Positions 21,001-30,694 are shown, counted from the first letter of the stretch. The stretch is DNA of 64,000 bases from Minisyncoccota bacterium (GCA_021209525.1 JAJOIF010000004.1:35730-99729); one strand, 5' to 3'. Program-made: numbers and translations. Notes: generated by a model from the letters alone, not told the origin.

Positions 21001-21092
21001 ACAAAATCCATTTCGCCGTCGGTACCCCAAAGCTCCGACAAAAGCCGGATTACGGGTTGCTCTATGAGATTGTCTTCGTTGAAGGGGTTCAT
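18078..21092 (-). CDS. hsdR: Type I restriction endonuclease subunit R
   Basis: ADLVGFVNGLPLVFIELK nuclease, HTQGGGKS, DEAHR, FTGTP, QTIARANR. Confidence 0.97.
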   Translation of the reverse strand: MNPFNEDNLIEQPVIRLLSELWGTDGEMDFVNAYTDEGDAKLGREHQGQVVLVSRLRTTLEKLNSSIAKSAIDDAIEEITKDRSKMSMVKANKEIYELLKNGVKVDVVSGDGTRDVETVRVIDFDNPENNHFTLVSQMWILGDMYKRRADLVGFVNGLPLVFIELKAAHKNLRDAFDGNIRDYKDTIPQMFWYNQLLIISNGLDAKMGSITSGFEHFSDWKRISDEEEKGRVDLETLLRGMCDKTRLLDIIENFVLFQDTNKGMIKLIGKNHQYLGVNNAIKSFEKREENNGRIGVFWHTQGGGKSYSMVFFAQKILRKYEGNYTFLVVTDRQELDKQIYANFAGVGAVLEPEEMVRASSVQKLRELLTEDHRNIFTLIHKFQLQEGETEFPVLSERSDIIAMTDEAHRSQYDTLALNMRRALPNASFIGFTGTPLISGEEEQTKSTFGDYVSIYDFKQSVDDKATVPLYYDNRIPELQIDLESLGQDLGTVLETFELDDDQEKKLEREFNTEYHLITREERLNTIARDVIEHFNSQGNDGKALFVAIDRPTAVKMYNKMKTQPNCPDIAMVMSSTQNEVDDFRKLGLDIETHRRRMINEDLEKKFKDVNDPLKIVIVCNMWLTGFDAPIISTVYLDKPMKNHTLMQTIARANRVWGAKTNGLIVDYIGVFRSLKKALAIYGARGDEDAKPIKPKTELVNELRGVLGELDKYCSEYGINIVQIGEAVDFEKLALIENAVDAILTDEESKNEFLTMSNRATSLLGAIMPDPSASEFFNVVKLYRVLAERVRILTRKDVNVEDVADAIEELLDNAITAEGYVISEDYKPYDLSKIDFEKLRKYFEKNKRKEAEKLKQSLKEKLEELVRLNPTRQKLVEQFEKLLSEYNSGSKNIEEFFEALMKFAESLNDEEKRGVREELIEEELAIFDLLYKEDLKENEIKEIKKVAKELLKTLKQTAFVLDWRKTQQGRAKVLVTIKDVLYDELPEPYDEGLIESKTSKFWICV

Positions 21093-21105
21093 ATTTATAC
21101 TATAA

Positions 21106-22209
21106 TCAATTTATTAAATTATTTAAAGCGTTTTCAGCTCTCTCTATTAAATCATCGTAAGTTAAAACTTCAACCCAATGAAAATAAGAAAGAAGCCTTC
21201 TTAAGTTTTTTGGTTCTGCAGATATAGTTTGAGAAGTACTATTTTTTACCAATTCTTTACCGCGTCTTCCTATAAGTAAAATACCTTTTGGTTTATAGTA
21301 TTTCCCATATCTATCTTCAAGTATTTCGTGACCTGTTTCATCATCTCTTTCATGAGAATATTCACTATAGTAATATTCCATATAACCTGTTAATTGACCA
21401 AGAGATTCTGCTAATTTAGGTGAAATATATTGTCTTTCTCTATCATCAGCTCTTAGTAATTCTTCTGAAGGTAGTTTTACTTCTAAAATATCTGATAATC
21501 CATCTATTCTTAAAAGCCTACCATCAGGATGACCACTAAAACCTGCATCTCTAAAATCTAAATTCTTATATTCAGGACCAAAAATCCATGGATTATTTTT
21601 TAAGAAATTTTGAATATCTGAAACCTCTTTTACGTTTGGATCTTCTATGAGTTTTTTAAATTCTTTTATTTTTTCTTGCTTCTCCTGAATTTTATTTTTT
21701 GTTAAACCTTTTTTTATTAAATCAGGAACATCTAAATCAGAGGTTAAGTAGCCATCTTCAAAAAGTTTTATAAGAGTTTCTTTTCCTTTCTCATCACTAA
21801 CAAGAGTTTTTAATTTTTTATCTAAATCTTCGTCTAGCTCTAAATTATCTTCAAAAGAAAGCTTGCCAGCAGAAACAGAAGAAAGATTTGCAGAAGTAAT
21901 AAATTTCAAAAAATTTGTTAAAGTTATTAAATTTTTTGTATCAAGTCTCACTTCAGAAGCGGGTACAAGTTTACCAGCTTTAATTTCAAATTTTTGTATT
22001 TTTAATTCAACAACTTGGTCCTTCTGACTTATAAAAGTTGCTTTAATTTGAGTTCTACCTGTCTCGTAAATAATCTCCTCTTTGCTCTGAAAATCATCTG
22101 AAACAACAGAGAGTATTTTTCCATTAGGAAAATCCGAAGTATATATTTTATCTTCATGTTTATTTGAAACATAATCTTCTTCTGTCGGATCGTAATTACT
22201 TAAGCCCAT
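21106..22209 (-). CDS. sduA: Shedu-like anti-phage nuclease (DUF4263)
   Basis: QNFLKNNPWIFG, PD...ILEVKLP, LGQLTGY, KPKGILLIGR, VLTYDDLIERA. Confidence 0.85.
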   Translation of the reverse strand: MGLSNYDPTEEDYVSNKHEDKIYTSDFPNGKILSVVSDDFQSKEEIIYETGRTQIKATFISQKDQVVELKIQKFEIKAGKLVPASEVRLDTKNLITLTNFLKFITSANLSSVSAGKLSFEDNLELDEDLDKKLKTLVSDEKGKETLIKLFEDGYLTSDLDVPDLIKKGLTKNKIQEKQEKIKEFKKLIEDPNVKEVSDIQNFLKNNPWIFGPEYKNLDFRDAGFSGHPDGRLLRIDGLSDILEVKLPSEELLRADDRERQYISPKLAESLGQLTGYMEYYYSEYSHERDDETGHEILEDRYGKYYKPKGILLIGRRGKELVKNSTSQTISAEPKNLRRLLSYFHWVEVLTYDDLIERAENALNNLIN

Positions 22210-22213
22210 AATT

Positions 22214-23383
22214 TTATTTCACCTCAACTCTCCCGCCGACTAACTGCGGAATGAGGATGTCTCTTGTTTTTTGTAAATTTTGGTTTTGTTTTTCAAGATT
22301 ATATTTTTCAATCATCATCTCTTTTACATGTTCACCAAATTTTTCACACAAATCCACTGGTGGTAAATAAACTTTTTTTGCTGAAAATTCTGGCCAATGA
22401 CCCTTGTAGTCGTTGAAATAAATTAAATCTTTTGTTGCAAAATGTAACCAAAAAATATTTCTATAATTTTCTTTGCTAGGATAAAACGGCAAGACATTTT
22501 GAATAGCTGAAAACGGAAACATAATCAAATTTTGATAACATGTGTGATTTGCAAAAACAATAACAGGATTTTCTGTACTTGCATTTATACCTGGCTCATC
22601 ATTATGATAACCAATCACACCACTTTTCCCTTGATCTAAAATAGGAACATTTCCAATTGGTAAAGCTGTTTTATTGTCGTATTTTTTACCAACCGAAACT
22701 CTTTCAATCAAATCCTCAACTTTCTTCACCTCCCACCCATTAGGTAATCCATCTTTTACCGGTCTTACAAACCATTCTTTGTAGAGGGTTTGAGCGAGGG
22801 TTTCGAGGGTTTTTATTTTCTTTTGATTCACCTCAATCAAATCATCATACGCCGAAAGCACCTCCGCAATTTTCTTTTGTTCTTTATATTCTGGAACCAA
22901 AAAATCAATAGAAAGCATTTTTTCAAGACTCAAGTTATCTTGAGCAGCACCACTTGAAATAGATTGAAAATCTTTTTTAAACAAATCGAGCAAATATTTT
23001 ACAAATCTTACACCAGAAACATTTTCATAAGACCTAAATCCAACAACACTATCGGGAAAACATGCTGGTATTTTTAGAATAGCACTCTCAGAAATATTCG
23101 CCGCAATTGTAATACAAAGAGTATCAGGTTCCCAAAGTTTACTTTGAGCGAGTCCTTTTTCGTTATATGTTTGGGAATATTCTGAAATATAACAGTTAGC
23201 AGATTTTATATCTGAAGTTTGAATAAAAGGATATTCACCTCCATATAGACTTGAATCATTTCTTGGACGATGACGAGAGCGACCTCTATTTAATTCACCT
23301 AAATCGGTCAACCTCACCCTCTTCCACTCCGCCTTGCGAGTTTTCTCCCCACTATTCTTTTGTGTTGTTTGTGTTTTATTCAT
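22214..23383 (-). CDS. hsdS: Type I RM specificity subunit S
   Basis: Two TRDs with conserved EQKKIAEVLSAYDDLIE and LQKTRDILIPQL helices. Confidence 0.95.
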   Translation of the reverse strand: MNKTQTTQKNSGEKTRKAEWKRVRLTDLGELNRGRSRHRPRNDSSLYGGEYPFIQTSDIKSANCYISEYSQTYNEKGLAQSKLWEPDTLCITIAANISESAILKIPACFPDSVVGFRSYENVSGVRFVKYLLDLFKKDFQSISSGAAQDNLSLEKMLSIDFLVPEYKEQKKIAEVLSAYDDLIEVNQKKIKTLETLAQTLYKEWFVRPVKDGLPNGWEVKKVEDLIERVSVGKKYDNKTALPIGNVPILDQGKSGVIGYHNDEPGINASTENPVIVFANHTCYQNLIMFPFSAIQNVLPFYPSKENYRNIFWLHFATKDLIYFNDYKGHWPEFSAKKVYLPPVDLCEKFGEHVKEMMIEKYNLEKQNQNLQKTRDILIPQLVGGRVEVK

Positions 23384-23455
23384 AAATTCTTGTTTGTGGA
23401 TAACTATTTACATTTTTGACCATTTTTGATATATTGTAAATGTAGGTTTTTCCTA

Positions 23456-24166
23456 CTAATCACGCGGTCCCGCTTTTGCGGGATTTTCGCTTTTTGGCTC
23501 GTAATTTCTTTTTCCTGTATAGAGTCGCCCAAAATCAAAATATTTATCTTTAATTTTATGCAGTTCTTCTGCGACTTGATTTCTCACTCCACAAATCCCA
23601 ATCTTTTTATTTTCAATTTTCAATCTTTGTAAAGGACCCTGCATATCAGAATCCCCAGAAAACAAAATAACTGCAGAAAACTTTTTTGCATCATCTAATA
23701 TGTCCATAGTCATCTCTACATCAAAATTACATTTTGGTTCTTCTATTAAAATACCTGGTTTATGTAATTCGTCTACAAGTTCTTCAATTTTACTTTTTAC
23801 ACCATCATCAAAAAGAGTCATAGTTTTACGCTGAAAAAACATTCCTTCTTTTATTGTCTTGGGAATATACTTCATTGGTTTTGTTTTTAGGATTGCACCA
23901 GTTTTTAAAATTCTTTTATGAAAAGCTTTTGAGTTTTTCAAATCTCTGGTATTTAAACCATAGTAAACTTTTATTTCTTGAATATTTTTATATGTTTTTA
24001 GTTGTTCTATCAAGTCTTCTATTCTAAATTTCCAACCCAAAACATCTTGCCAGTGGAACATATTTGTTAAATCCAAATACACAAAAACCACAGGCTCTTT
24101 TTCTAACCATTCTAGATAGTCTTCTCTTACCATAATTTTATTTTTAATATCCTGTGGTATTTCCAT
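23456..24166 (-). CDS. NYN (LabA/DUF88, PIN-like) domain protein
   Basis: VYLDLTN, KCNFDVEM, LFSGDSD motifs. Confidence 0.9.
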   Translation of the reverse strand: MEIPQDIKNKIMVREDYLEWLEKEPVVFVYLDLTNMFHWQDVLGWKFRIEDLIEQLKTYKNIQEIKVYYGLNTRDLKNSKAFHKRILKTGAILKTKPMKYIPKTIKEGMFFQRKTMTLFDDGVKSKIEELVDELHKPGILIEEPKCNFDVEMTMDILDDAKKFSAVILFSGDSDMQGPLQRLKIENKKIGICGVRNQVAEELHKIKDKYFDFGRLYTGKRNYEPKSENPAKAGPRD

Positions 24167-24167
24167 A

Positions 24168-24272
24168 TTATTTTCTAAAATTAAATTTAAGTAAAATGCC
24201 CAACTTCACCCTTTTCCACTTTGCCTTGCGAGTTTTCTCCCCACTATTCTTTTGTGTCGTTTGTGTAGTCAT
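24168..24272 (-). pseudogene. hsdS 5' fragment (34-aa mini-ORF)
   Basis: MTTQTTQKNSGEKTRKAKWKRVKL matches the HsdS N-terminus MNKTQTTQKNSGEKTRKAEWKRVRL; 35-bp exact repeat 24223-24257 = 23331-23365. Confidence 0.85.
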
Positions 24273-24276
24273 GTAT

Positions 24277-25746
24277 TTATAGTAATAACAAATAATCTAA
24301 AGGAATCTTCACTATACTATCCTCTGATAATTCTAAAGAATCACTACCAAAAACAATTCCATACTTTGCTCGACCTTTTGTTTTTTTCATAGTTGTTTGA
24401 ACTTGGTTTATTTCATTCTTTGAAAAACCAATTTCAAATACAATTTCTGTATTGTCTTTAAATCGAACAATAAAGTCCGCTCCGCCTGACCCATAATCAT
24501 AGTATGCGTCTACTTGTCCATAGAGTTCTTTTGAAAATAGTAAAGCCAAATAATCTTCAAGAATTTTTCCTTTTATATCAACACCTATTACACCACTCAA
24601 AAGACCTATTCTAATATTAGGACTCATAAAGAGGTATTTCCCACTTTTTTTTACTTGCTTATATGGTTGTCCGTATGCTTTTAATTCATAAAGAATTTCA
24701 GCATCAGTGAGAGCGGATAGAATTTTATTCAAAGTTAACGGAGCCAAATCTATTGTTTCCGATAGTTTTTTTATACTTATCTCATCACTATTTGCAAGAA
24801 GAAAAAGTACATTTGGGATTTTTACCAGAGTCTCTGCATTAAAGTCATTAAGCAAAATCAAATCTCTTTGCACAATATTAATCAGAATCATTGCTTTTAT
24901 TCTTTCAAGGGCTTCTGACTCGTTAATCATTTCAGCAGAAAATGGAAAAGAGCCTCTATAAAAATAGTCTTTCTTGAGATCGTTTAAATTTGTAATAGTA
25001 GAAAGTTTTTTAATAATTACTGATTGTAGTTGTTTTATTTTATCAAAAACTTCTTGAGCATTTTTGCTATGAAAAATTGCTCGAGCTAGATTTTTAGATA
25101 AATCTTTCTCTGGAAAGATATCTTTATGTAAAGTTAGATACTCACAAAACTTTGTAGGTAAAACCCTTTCTGTTTTTGACCTTCTCACCAAATCTTTGTT
25201 TTTTTGATTAAGGAAAATTGCAGAAGATCCTGTTGCAATAACAAGAATATTTTTGTTTCCTTTTGTTTTATCAAAAAGTAATTTTAAGAACAAATCCCAC
25301 TTTGGATCGTATTGAATTTCATCAATAAGTAAAAGAATTTTCTTTTTATTCTGCAATAAATTTCCCCAAACATTTTTTTCTAAATAATCAATGAATTCAC
25401 CCAAAGAAATATCTTCAGAAAGCAAACGGTCAACAGAAATATAAATCCTTTCATCTACCGTAGTGTTAATATCTTTAGATAAATGGTTTACTGGTTTATT
25501 TATTTCAAAAAAATATAATTGAGATAACAAGGTTGTTTTACCAACACCACGAATACCTGGTAGAATAATTATTTTTTCCTCTTCGGGTAATTCTCCTGAT
25601 ATAAGTTTATTTACATATTTTTGTAACATTAAATAAGAGGAACGAGTTTTTCTCTTTTTCCCTTCAGGTGTTTGAAAGTAGCTTTTTAGATATTGATCTA
25701 AATTTGACTTCCATTCGATATAGAATTTTTCAATATTTTTGTTCAT
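24277..25746 (-). CDS. AAA+ ATPase (AAA_14/DUF4143-like) with C-terminal nuclease-like motif
   Basis: GIRGVGKT, LLIDEIQ, ATGSS, ADFIV......FEI. Confidence 0.85.
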   Translation of the reverse strand: MNKNIEKFYIEWKSNLDQYLKSYFQTPEGKKRKTRSSYLMLQKYVNKLISGELPEEEKIIILPGIRGVGKTTLLSQLYFFEINKPVNHLSKDINTTVDERIYISVDRLLSEDISLGEFIDYLEKNVWGNLLQNKKKILLLIDEIQYDPKWDLFLKLLFDKTKGNKNILVIATGSSAIFLNQKNKDLVRRSKTERVLPTKFCEYLTLHKDIFPEKDLSKNLARAIFHSKNAQEVFDKIKQLQSVIIKKLSTITNLNDLKKDYFYRGSFPFSAEMINESEALERIKAMILINIVQRDLILLNDFNAETLVKIPNVLFLLANSDEISIKKLSETIDLAPLTLNKILSALTDAEILYELKAYGQPYKQVKKSGKYLFMSPNIRIGLLSGVIGVDIKGKILEDYLALLFSKELYGQVDAYYDYGSGGADFIVRFKDNTEIVFEIGFSKNEINQVQTTMKKTKGRAKYGIVFGSDSLELSEDSIVKIPLDYLLLL

Positions 25747-25979
25747 ATTACAATATAATCATATCACATTTCTGATTATATCCTAGTGTTTTCAAAAAGT
25801 AAATACCCTTTATATCCTTATTTTAAAGAGTTTTTAACACATTTCTGATATTGAGTTTTTGGCATTTCACTTTTTATATGATTTCGTATAAAAAGTGAAA
25901 TACCAAAAATGTGTATAATTATACATAAACTATACACATTTTATACATATTCTGATTTTGAATTGTAAAATAAGGCTTT

Positions 25980-27497
25980 TTACAGTATTTTCTTCAGATT
26001 TTCTTTGATTTTCTTTTCTAAAACCGCTGATTCTTTAAACAGATTCTCTAGGTCATTTGAAAGATTTTTGACTTTTTCTTGGAAATCCTCTTCTGATTCT
26101 TCTATTACTTCAGTACCCACATATCGCCCTGGGTTGAGCGAATATCCAGCTTCAGCAACTTCTTGCAATGTTGCAACCTTACACAGTCCTTTTACATCTT
26201 CGTATTTCCCTGCCCCGCTTTCGCCACGATACGCACGAACAATATTTGCAATTTGATCTATTTGCTCTGGAGTGAATTCTCTATGTGCTCGATCAATTTG
26301 TCGGTAAATATTTCTTGCATCAATAAAAAGAATTTTATCTTTTCTATTAGAATTTATTTTTCCTTTATCAAAAAACCAAAGTGTACAAGAAAGAGTTACG
26401 GTATAGAAAAAATTTCCACCAATCGCAACCATCACATCTACCACACCTGACTCGATCAACTTTTTTCTAATTTCAAGTTCTGTTCCTCGTGCGTCACTCG
26501 CAGAATTTGCCATAACAAATCCTGCGCGTCCGTTTTTGTTTAAGCTTTCATAAAAATGCTCAATCCACAGATAGTTTGCATTGTCCACTGTTGGAATACC
26601 AAGTCTATATCTTTTATCTTCTCGTACTTTTTCCTTGTCTACACCACTGACATTAAACGGAGGATTTGCCATGACAAAATCAAATTGCCCCACACTTTCA
26701 TGCAAATCTTCATAAAAAGTATTTCCTTGTTTTATTTGCCCTTCGAGTCCGTGTACTGCAAGGTTCATTTTACACAAATCGGCACTTATTTCTGATTTTT
26801 CTTGTCCATAAATTGAAATAATATTTTGAGTGCTGTTTTTGTGTTTTTTTACAAATTCCGCGCTCTGTACAAACATGCCACCTGATCCACATGCAGGGTC
26901 ATAGACTTTTCCTTGGTACGGTTCGAGGATTTCTACAATCAATTTTACAAGTGAAGTCGGAGTAAAGAACTCTCCTCCACCCTGACCTTCTGCCATAGCA
27001 AAACTTGAAAGGAAATATTCATAAATTTTTCCAAAAACATCACCTTCTACATCCATCGGGATTTCACTAAAAGTTTTAAGAAGTCCAATCAAAATATGAT
27101 TTTCAAGTTTGTTGTATGTTTTTGGTAATACGCTTTTGAGGTTGGGATTATATTCCTCAATTTCTTTCATCGCATCATTGATTGCTTTTCCTATATTTAC
27201 ACCTTCTTTAAGATTGAGTAAATATGAAAAGCGAGCGATTTCAGGAATATACATAATTCCTTTTGCTTGATATTCTTCAGGACCGATCTTTCTCTCGCGA
27301 ACCAGAGAAGCTCCTGTTTTTTTAGTATTCTTCAGTTCATTATCCGCGTGTTCAAATTTAAATTCAGCAAATCTCAAGAAAATAAGCCCTAGAACTGGTT
27401 GAGAATATTGATGAACGGTAAGACCAGAATTTGCTCGCAATGAGTTTGCAGCATCCCACAATCGCTCTTCTAATTTTTTAAGACTTTCTTTTGCCAT
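25980..27497 (-). CDS. hsdM: Type I RM methyltransferase subunit M
   Basis: [37 protein letters not shown]. Confidence 0.97.
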   Translation of the reverse strand: MAKESLKKLEERLWDAANSLRANSGLTVHQYSQPVLGLIFLRFAEFKFEHADNELKNTKKTGASLVRERKIGPEEYQAKGIMYIPEIARFSYLLNLKEGVNIGKAINDAMKEIEEYNPNLKSVLPKTYNKLENHILIGLLKTFSEIPMDVEGDVFGKIYEYFLSSFAMAEGQGGGEFFTPTSLVKLIVEILEPYQGKVYDPACGSGGMFVQSAEFVKKHKNSTQNIISIYGQEKSEISADLCKMNLAVHGLEGQIKQGNTFYEDLHESVGQFDFVMANPPFNVSGVDKEKVREDKRYRLGIPTVDNANYLWIEHFYESLNKNGRAGFVMANSASDARGTELEIRKKLIESGVVDVMVAIGGNFFYTVTLSCTLWFFDKGKINSNRKDKILFIDARNIYRQIDRAHREFTPEQIDQIANIVRAYRGESGAGKYEDVKGLCKVATLQEVAEAGYSLNPGRYVGTEVIEESEEDFQEKVKNLSNDLENLFKESAVLEKKIKENLKKIL

Positions 27498-27506
27498 ATT
27501 GTTATA

Positions 27507-28151
27507 TTAAAGCATTTTTTCACTTTTTATACTAGTAAAACCTTTTGCTGTAATAACCAAATGATCTTGCACTTGTACGCCCAATAATTCCCCCGCCTTT
27601 ACGAGTCTTTTAGTTACTTCAACATCCTCTATCGAAGGTTCCAATGATCCAGAGGGGTGATTATGAGTAATAATAATACTCGAAGCATGTAATCGTAAAG
27701 CTGGTTCAAAAACTTCTCGTGGGTGCACTAAGGATGCGTCGAGAATTCCGACGGAAACAATGATTCGTTCAATTAATCGACTTTGTGTGTCTAAATAAAA
27801 AACCACTAGATGTTCTTTTTTGGAATCTTTAATGTCAGAACACAACAGCCAAACATCTTTTGGGGATAGTATTTCTACTTGATCATTTTGAGTAAAGCGT
27901 TTTCCTAATTCAATAACTGCAAGTATTTGTAATGATTTCACCTTACCTAATCCTTTAATATCTAAAAAATCATTCAAGGAAATATCTTGGACTCCTTTCT
28001 TTTGAATTACCCGGAGCGCTTTACGAGAAATTTCAAGCACATTAATCCCTTGAATTCCTGAGCTAAGCAAAATAGCAAGCAGCTCATAATCTTGCATTTT
28101 TCGTGTTCCATATTTTTCTAATTTTTCACGAGGTAAATATTTTTCATACAT
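27507..28151 (-). CDS. radC: RadC/JAB (UPF0758) protein
   Basis: PREKL, ELLAILL, VHPREVF, HNHPSG..PS.ED, DH. Confidence 0.95.
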   Translation of the reverse strand: MYEKYLPREKLEKYGTRKMQDYELLAILLSSGIQGINVLEISRKALRVIQKKGVQDISLNDFLDIKGLGKVKSLQILAVIELGKRFTQNDQVEILSPKDVWLLCSDIKDSKKEHLVVFYLDTQSRLIERIIVSVGILDASLVHPREVFEPALRLHASSIIITHNHPSGSLEPSIEDVEVTKRLVKAGELLGVQVQDHLVITAKGFTSIKSEKML

Positions 28152-28255
28152 ATTTAAATATATTAAAATAATCATGCTCAATAGCTTATTAAATATAATA
28201 TAATCTACTTCATATAAAAATAAAAACAGCCCCTTCCAGAACTGTTTCTTTACCC

Positions 28256-28648
28256 TTACTCTGCATACTCAACATCCCACAAGAATCCATTGCTGCCTTG
28301 TGGCCATATACGATCCTCAAAACTATTATTAATATCAAGGCATATCTTGCCGCGCATGTTATAGAGCAATACCTTGCCATGTGGTGTTGCAATACGCACA
28401 CCACGATGTGACTGCATGAAATCAAAGGGGCGCTCACCATTTTGCTGTTCCGGCTCTGTGGATATAATCATAATCTCATTCCCGGTACGCGGATCGGTGG
28501 TAATTTTGAAATGACCTTGATCATAATGGTGAACAATATCTATGATGATTTTTTCAAAGTCTTTTTGTAGGTAAAATTTTTCATCAACGGTGCGATCAAT
28601 AAAGATATGATCGAATCTTTTTTTGAATATTTCTATTATATTTTCCAT
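28256..28648 (-). CDS. Hypothetical protein
   Basis: 130-aa ORF with an upstream TTGACA-16-TATCAT promoter-like sequence. Confidence 0.65.
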   Translation of the reverse strand: MENIIEIFKKRFDHIFIDRTVDEKFYLQKDFEKIIIDIVHHYDQGHFKITTDPRTGNEIMIISTEPEQQNGERPFDFMQSHRGVRIATPHGKVLLYNMRGKICLDINNSFEDRIWPQGSNGFLWDVEYAE

Positions 28649-28739
28649 AGGTGCTTTTTTGTTTGTATGATACTCGTGTAAAAGTATGTGTCAATTGATG
28701 ACTATGATCAATTTTGAGATATTTTTATATCGCAGATAC

Positions 28740-28885
28740 GCGGGCTCGAGGGGCGGACCTCGTCAAACAGGGCAGGCTTCGCGGGTCCTTGGTTCGAGCC
28801 CCATCCGTCAACATAAATAAAAACACCAAAAGCTGTCGCTTGTGGTGTTAATATTTATGTGTTGGCGTCCTTGAGCCAGAACCGT
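28740..28885 (-). repeat. Degenerate tRNA-3'-like remnant with hairpin; probable island boundary
   Basis: Hairpin 28811-28860 centred on AAGCGACAGCTT (minus strand), flanked by GGTTCGAGCCC/GGGCTCGA and a ...GGACGCCA end. Confidence 0.6.
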
Positions 28886-28952
28886 GGTCAGTCAAGCCCT
28901 GCAAGGACATTTTTAGTTTCTTTATCTTATCATTCCGACGGTCTTTGAGCAC

Positions 28953-29123
28953 CTATAAAATCACCTGGTTTCCGTCTTTATCTAGCACCACTCCTTTTGG
29001 CAGTTTATACCTATCTGGATTTTGTTTTCTATCCTGATCTAGTAGCCACTGAAAAACTGCTACCACTCTATCAGTTTCTTCCTTAGTCCAATTTTTAGGA
29101 TTTCTTTTATCTTCTTGATTCAT
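28953..29123 (-). CDS. Small hypothetical protein
   Basis: 56-aa ORF MNQEDKRNPKNW...VFQWLLDQDRKQNP downstream of cap15. Confidence 0.55.
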   Translation of the reverse strand: MNQEDKRNPKNWTKEETDRVVAVFQWLLDQDRKQNPDRYKLPKGVVLDKDGNQVIL

Positions 29124-29168
29124 AAAAAGTGACAAAAGTGACACAGTTTTGAGTATAAAAGTTACAAA

Positions 29169-29768
29169 TTACTGTAACTTTTTAACTTCAAAAGAGCCTG
29201 TATTATTACGATCTCTACCTGAGTAATATTCTGTTTGAAGCACTCCTTCATCTTCTAGCTTTGCAGATGCTGATCCCTCATGTATATGCATACTTTCAGG
29301 TGCATTATCTTTTGGTTTGTTTCTGTATTGATAATGTATTCTAGCCGTCCCGAATTCATCGACATTCATTGACGCTTCAAAACTGAAAGATTCTGATGTC
29401 TCTGTTTCCAGATAGATAAGTAGATGAGTCCATGTTTGTTTAATACAAAATTTCTTTATCTGTATTGGACCGTTGGCATGATTTGAATGAGATGTTATGG
29501 TTCCAGACCAATTTCCGTCTATGATAGGAGTTTTTATACTAGCAATTTTGCGAATAAAATTATTTCTCCACAAATTAGTTTCGAACCACTTATGTAAAAT
29601 TCCATAAAATCCAATTACCGAAGGAGCTTCTATCCACCACGGTAAGGGAAAGATGTTTTTTGAAAATAGATATAATCCCCATGCAAGCAATATCGATATT
29701 ACTGCAAGATAAAGCGACACATACTTGTGTTCTTCTGAGTTTATTGAATATGGATGTATGTTTTGCAT
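29169..29768 (-). CDS. cap15: CBASS membrane effector, Cap15 (2TM + beta-barrel)
   Basis: Two N-terminal TM helices, P.IDGNWSG, IKQTW..L.I.LET..SES.S, Y.Y.N.P, H.G, YYSGR...G. Confidence 0.88.
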   Translation of the reverse strand: MQNIHPYSINSEEHKYVSLYLAVISILLAWGLYLFSKNIFPLPWWIEAPSVIGFYGILHKWFETNLWRNNFIRKIASIKTPIIDGNWSGTITSHSNHANGPIQIKKFCIKQTWTHLLIYLETETSESFSFEASMNVDEFGTARIHYQYRNKPKDNAPESMHIHEGSASAKLEDEGVLQTEYYSGRDRNNTGSFEVKKLQ

Positions 29769-29770
29769 AG

Positions 29771-30694
29771 TTATTTATTCCAATTATCCCAAAGTTCCAC
29801 AAAAGCACTAATAGTTTTTACTGCATCATCTTGGTTCCACTGCTCCTCACTTTCACCAAATAATTCATGAAAATGGTTTTGACACATACATTGACCAAGA
29901 GCTAATGCAGACCAGAGATGTTTTAATACTGCGTGTACGGTTGTAGAATGATCACCAGTAAAGTGCTCATCAGGGACATTGTAAATTAATGACTGTAAGA
30001 AATATGAAGGCGCTACACCATCGGTAAGTTTACCTGTATCAACAAGATGATTTCTCATATTTTTGAAAATTCGCACTGTTGGCTTAAAACGCCCGCCTGT
30101 ACGAGTATCTGAATTTTTATCAACTCCATTTTGATAGTGGTGCTCTGGATAATTTATGATTCCACGATTTGTTGTGCGATGATAGAATTTAACACCCTCT
30201 TCCGCATTATGACTATTAGTACCATAGAAATAATCATATTTTCGATAATTTATAACAGGAACAATGTCGGCCTTTAGTCTTCCTGAAGAAGGTTTGAGTT
30301 TAATTGACTTATTACCACTTGTATCAACGGAAAGTAATCCATAATATTTAGTCAGAGCAGAAATGACATCTCTGCGTAAATCTTGCCAATCATAAACAGC
30401 ACTACCATATGCCTGATCATGAGCATTTTTCTGATCATAAGGAAGTTCGTGTGCATTATGACCAAATGTAGTTGTTAACTCGACAACTACATCCACATCA
30501 CTATCTGCTCGAATATTTGTATCGTTTTTATATGATCCCTGGAGATAGATTTTTACCGAACCATTACTGATACGATCTTTAAGTGGTGACTGATCATGTG
30601 TCAGTGCTGTTCGAATAGATTCATGAGTTGCTTTTGCTGAAACAGTAGCACCTTGATTCGACCATGTTGTTAGTTGAGAGAGTGGAATTGCCAT
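29771..30694 (-). CDS. cdnE: CBASS CD-NTase (cGAS/DncV-like), CdnE-like
   Basis: YLQGSYKNDTNIRADSDVDVVV, ADIVP, IINYP, FKPTVRIFK, PSYFLQSLIYNVP. Confidence 0.9.
   Translation of the reverse strand: MAIPLSQLTTWSNQGATVSAKATHESIRTALTHDQSPLKDRISNGSVKIYLQGSYKNDTNIRADSDVDVVVELTTTFGHNAHELPYDQKNAHDQAYGSAVYDWQDLRRDVISALTKYYGLLSVDTSGNKSIKLKPSSGRLKADIVPVINYRKYDYFYGTNSHNAEEGVKFYHRTTNRGIINYPEHHYQNGVDKNSDTRTGGRFKPTVRIFKNMRNHLVDTGKLTDGVAPSYFLQSLIYNVPDEHFTGDHSTTVHAVLKHLWSALALGQCMCQNHFHELFGESEEQWNQDDAVKTISAFVELWDNWNK

Noticed and set aside
28740-28812. Intact tRNA gene
   Set aside because: A GGTTCGAGCCC T-arm is present, but no D-arm, anticodon arm or acceptor stem could be built.
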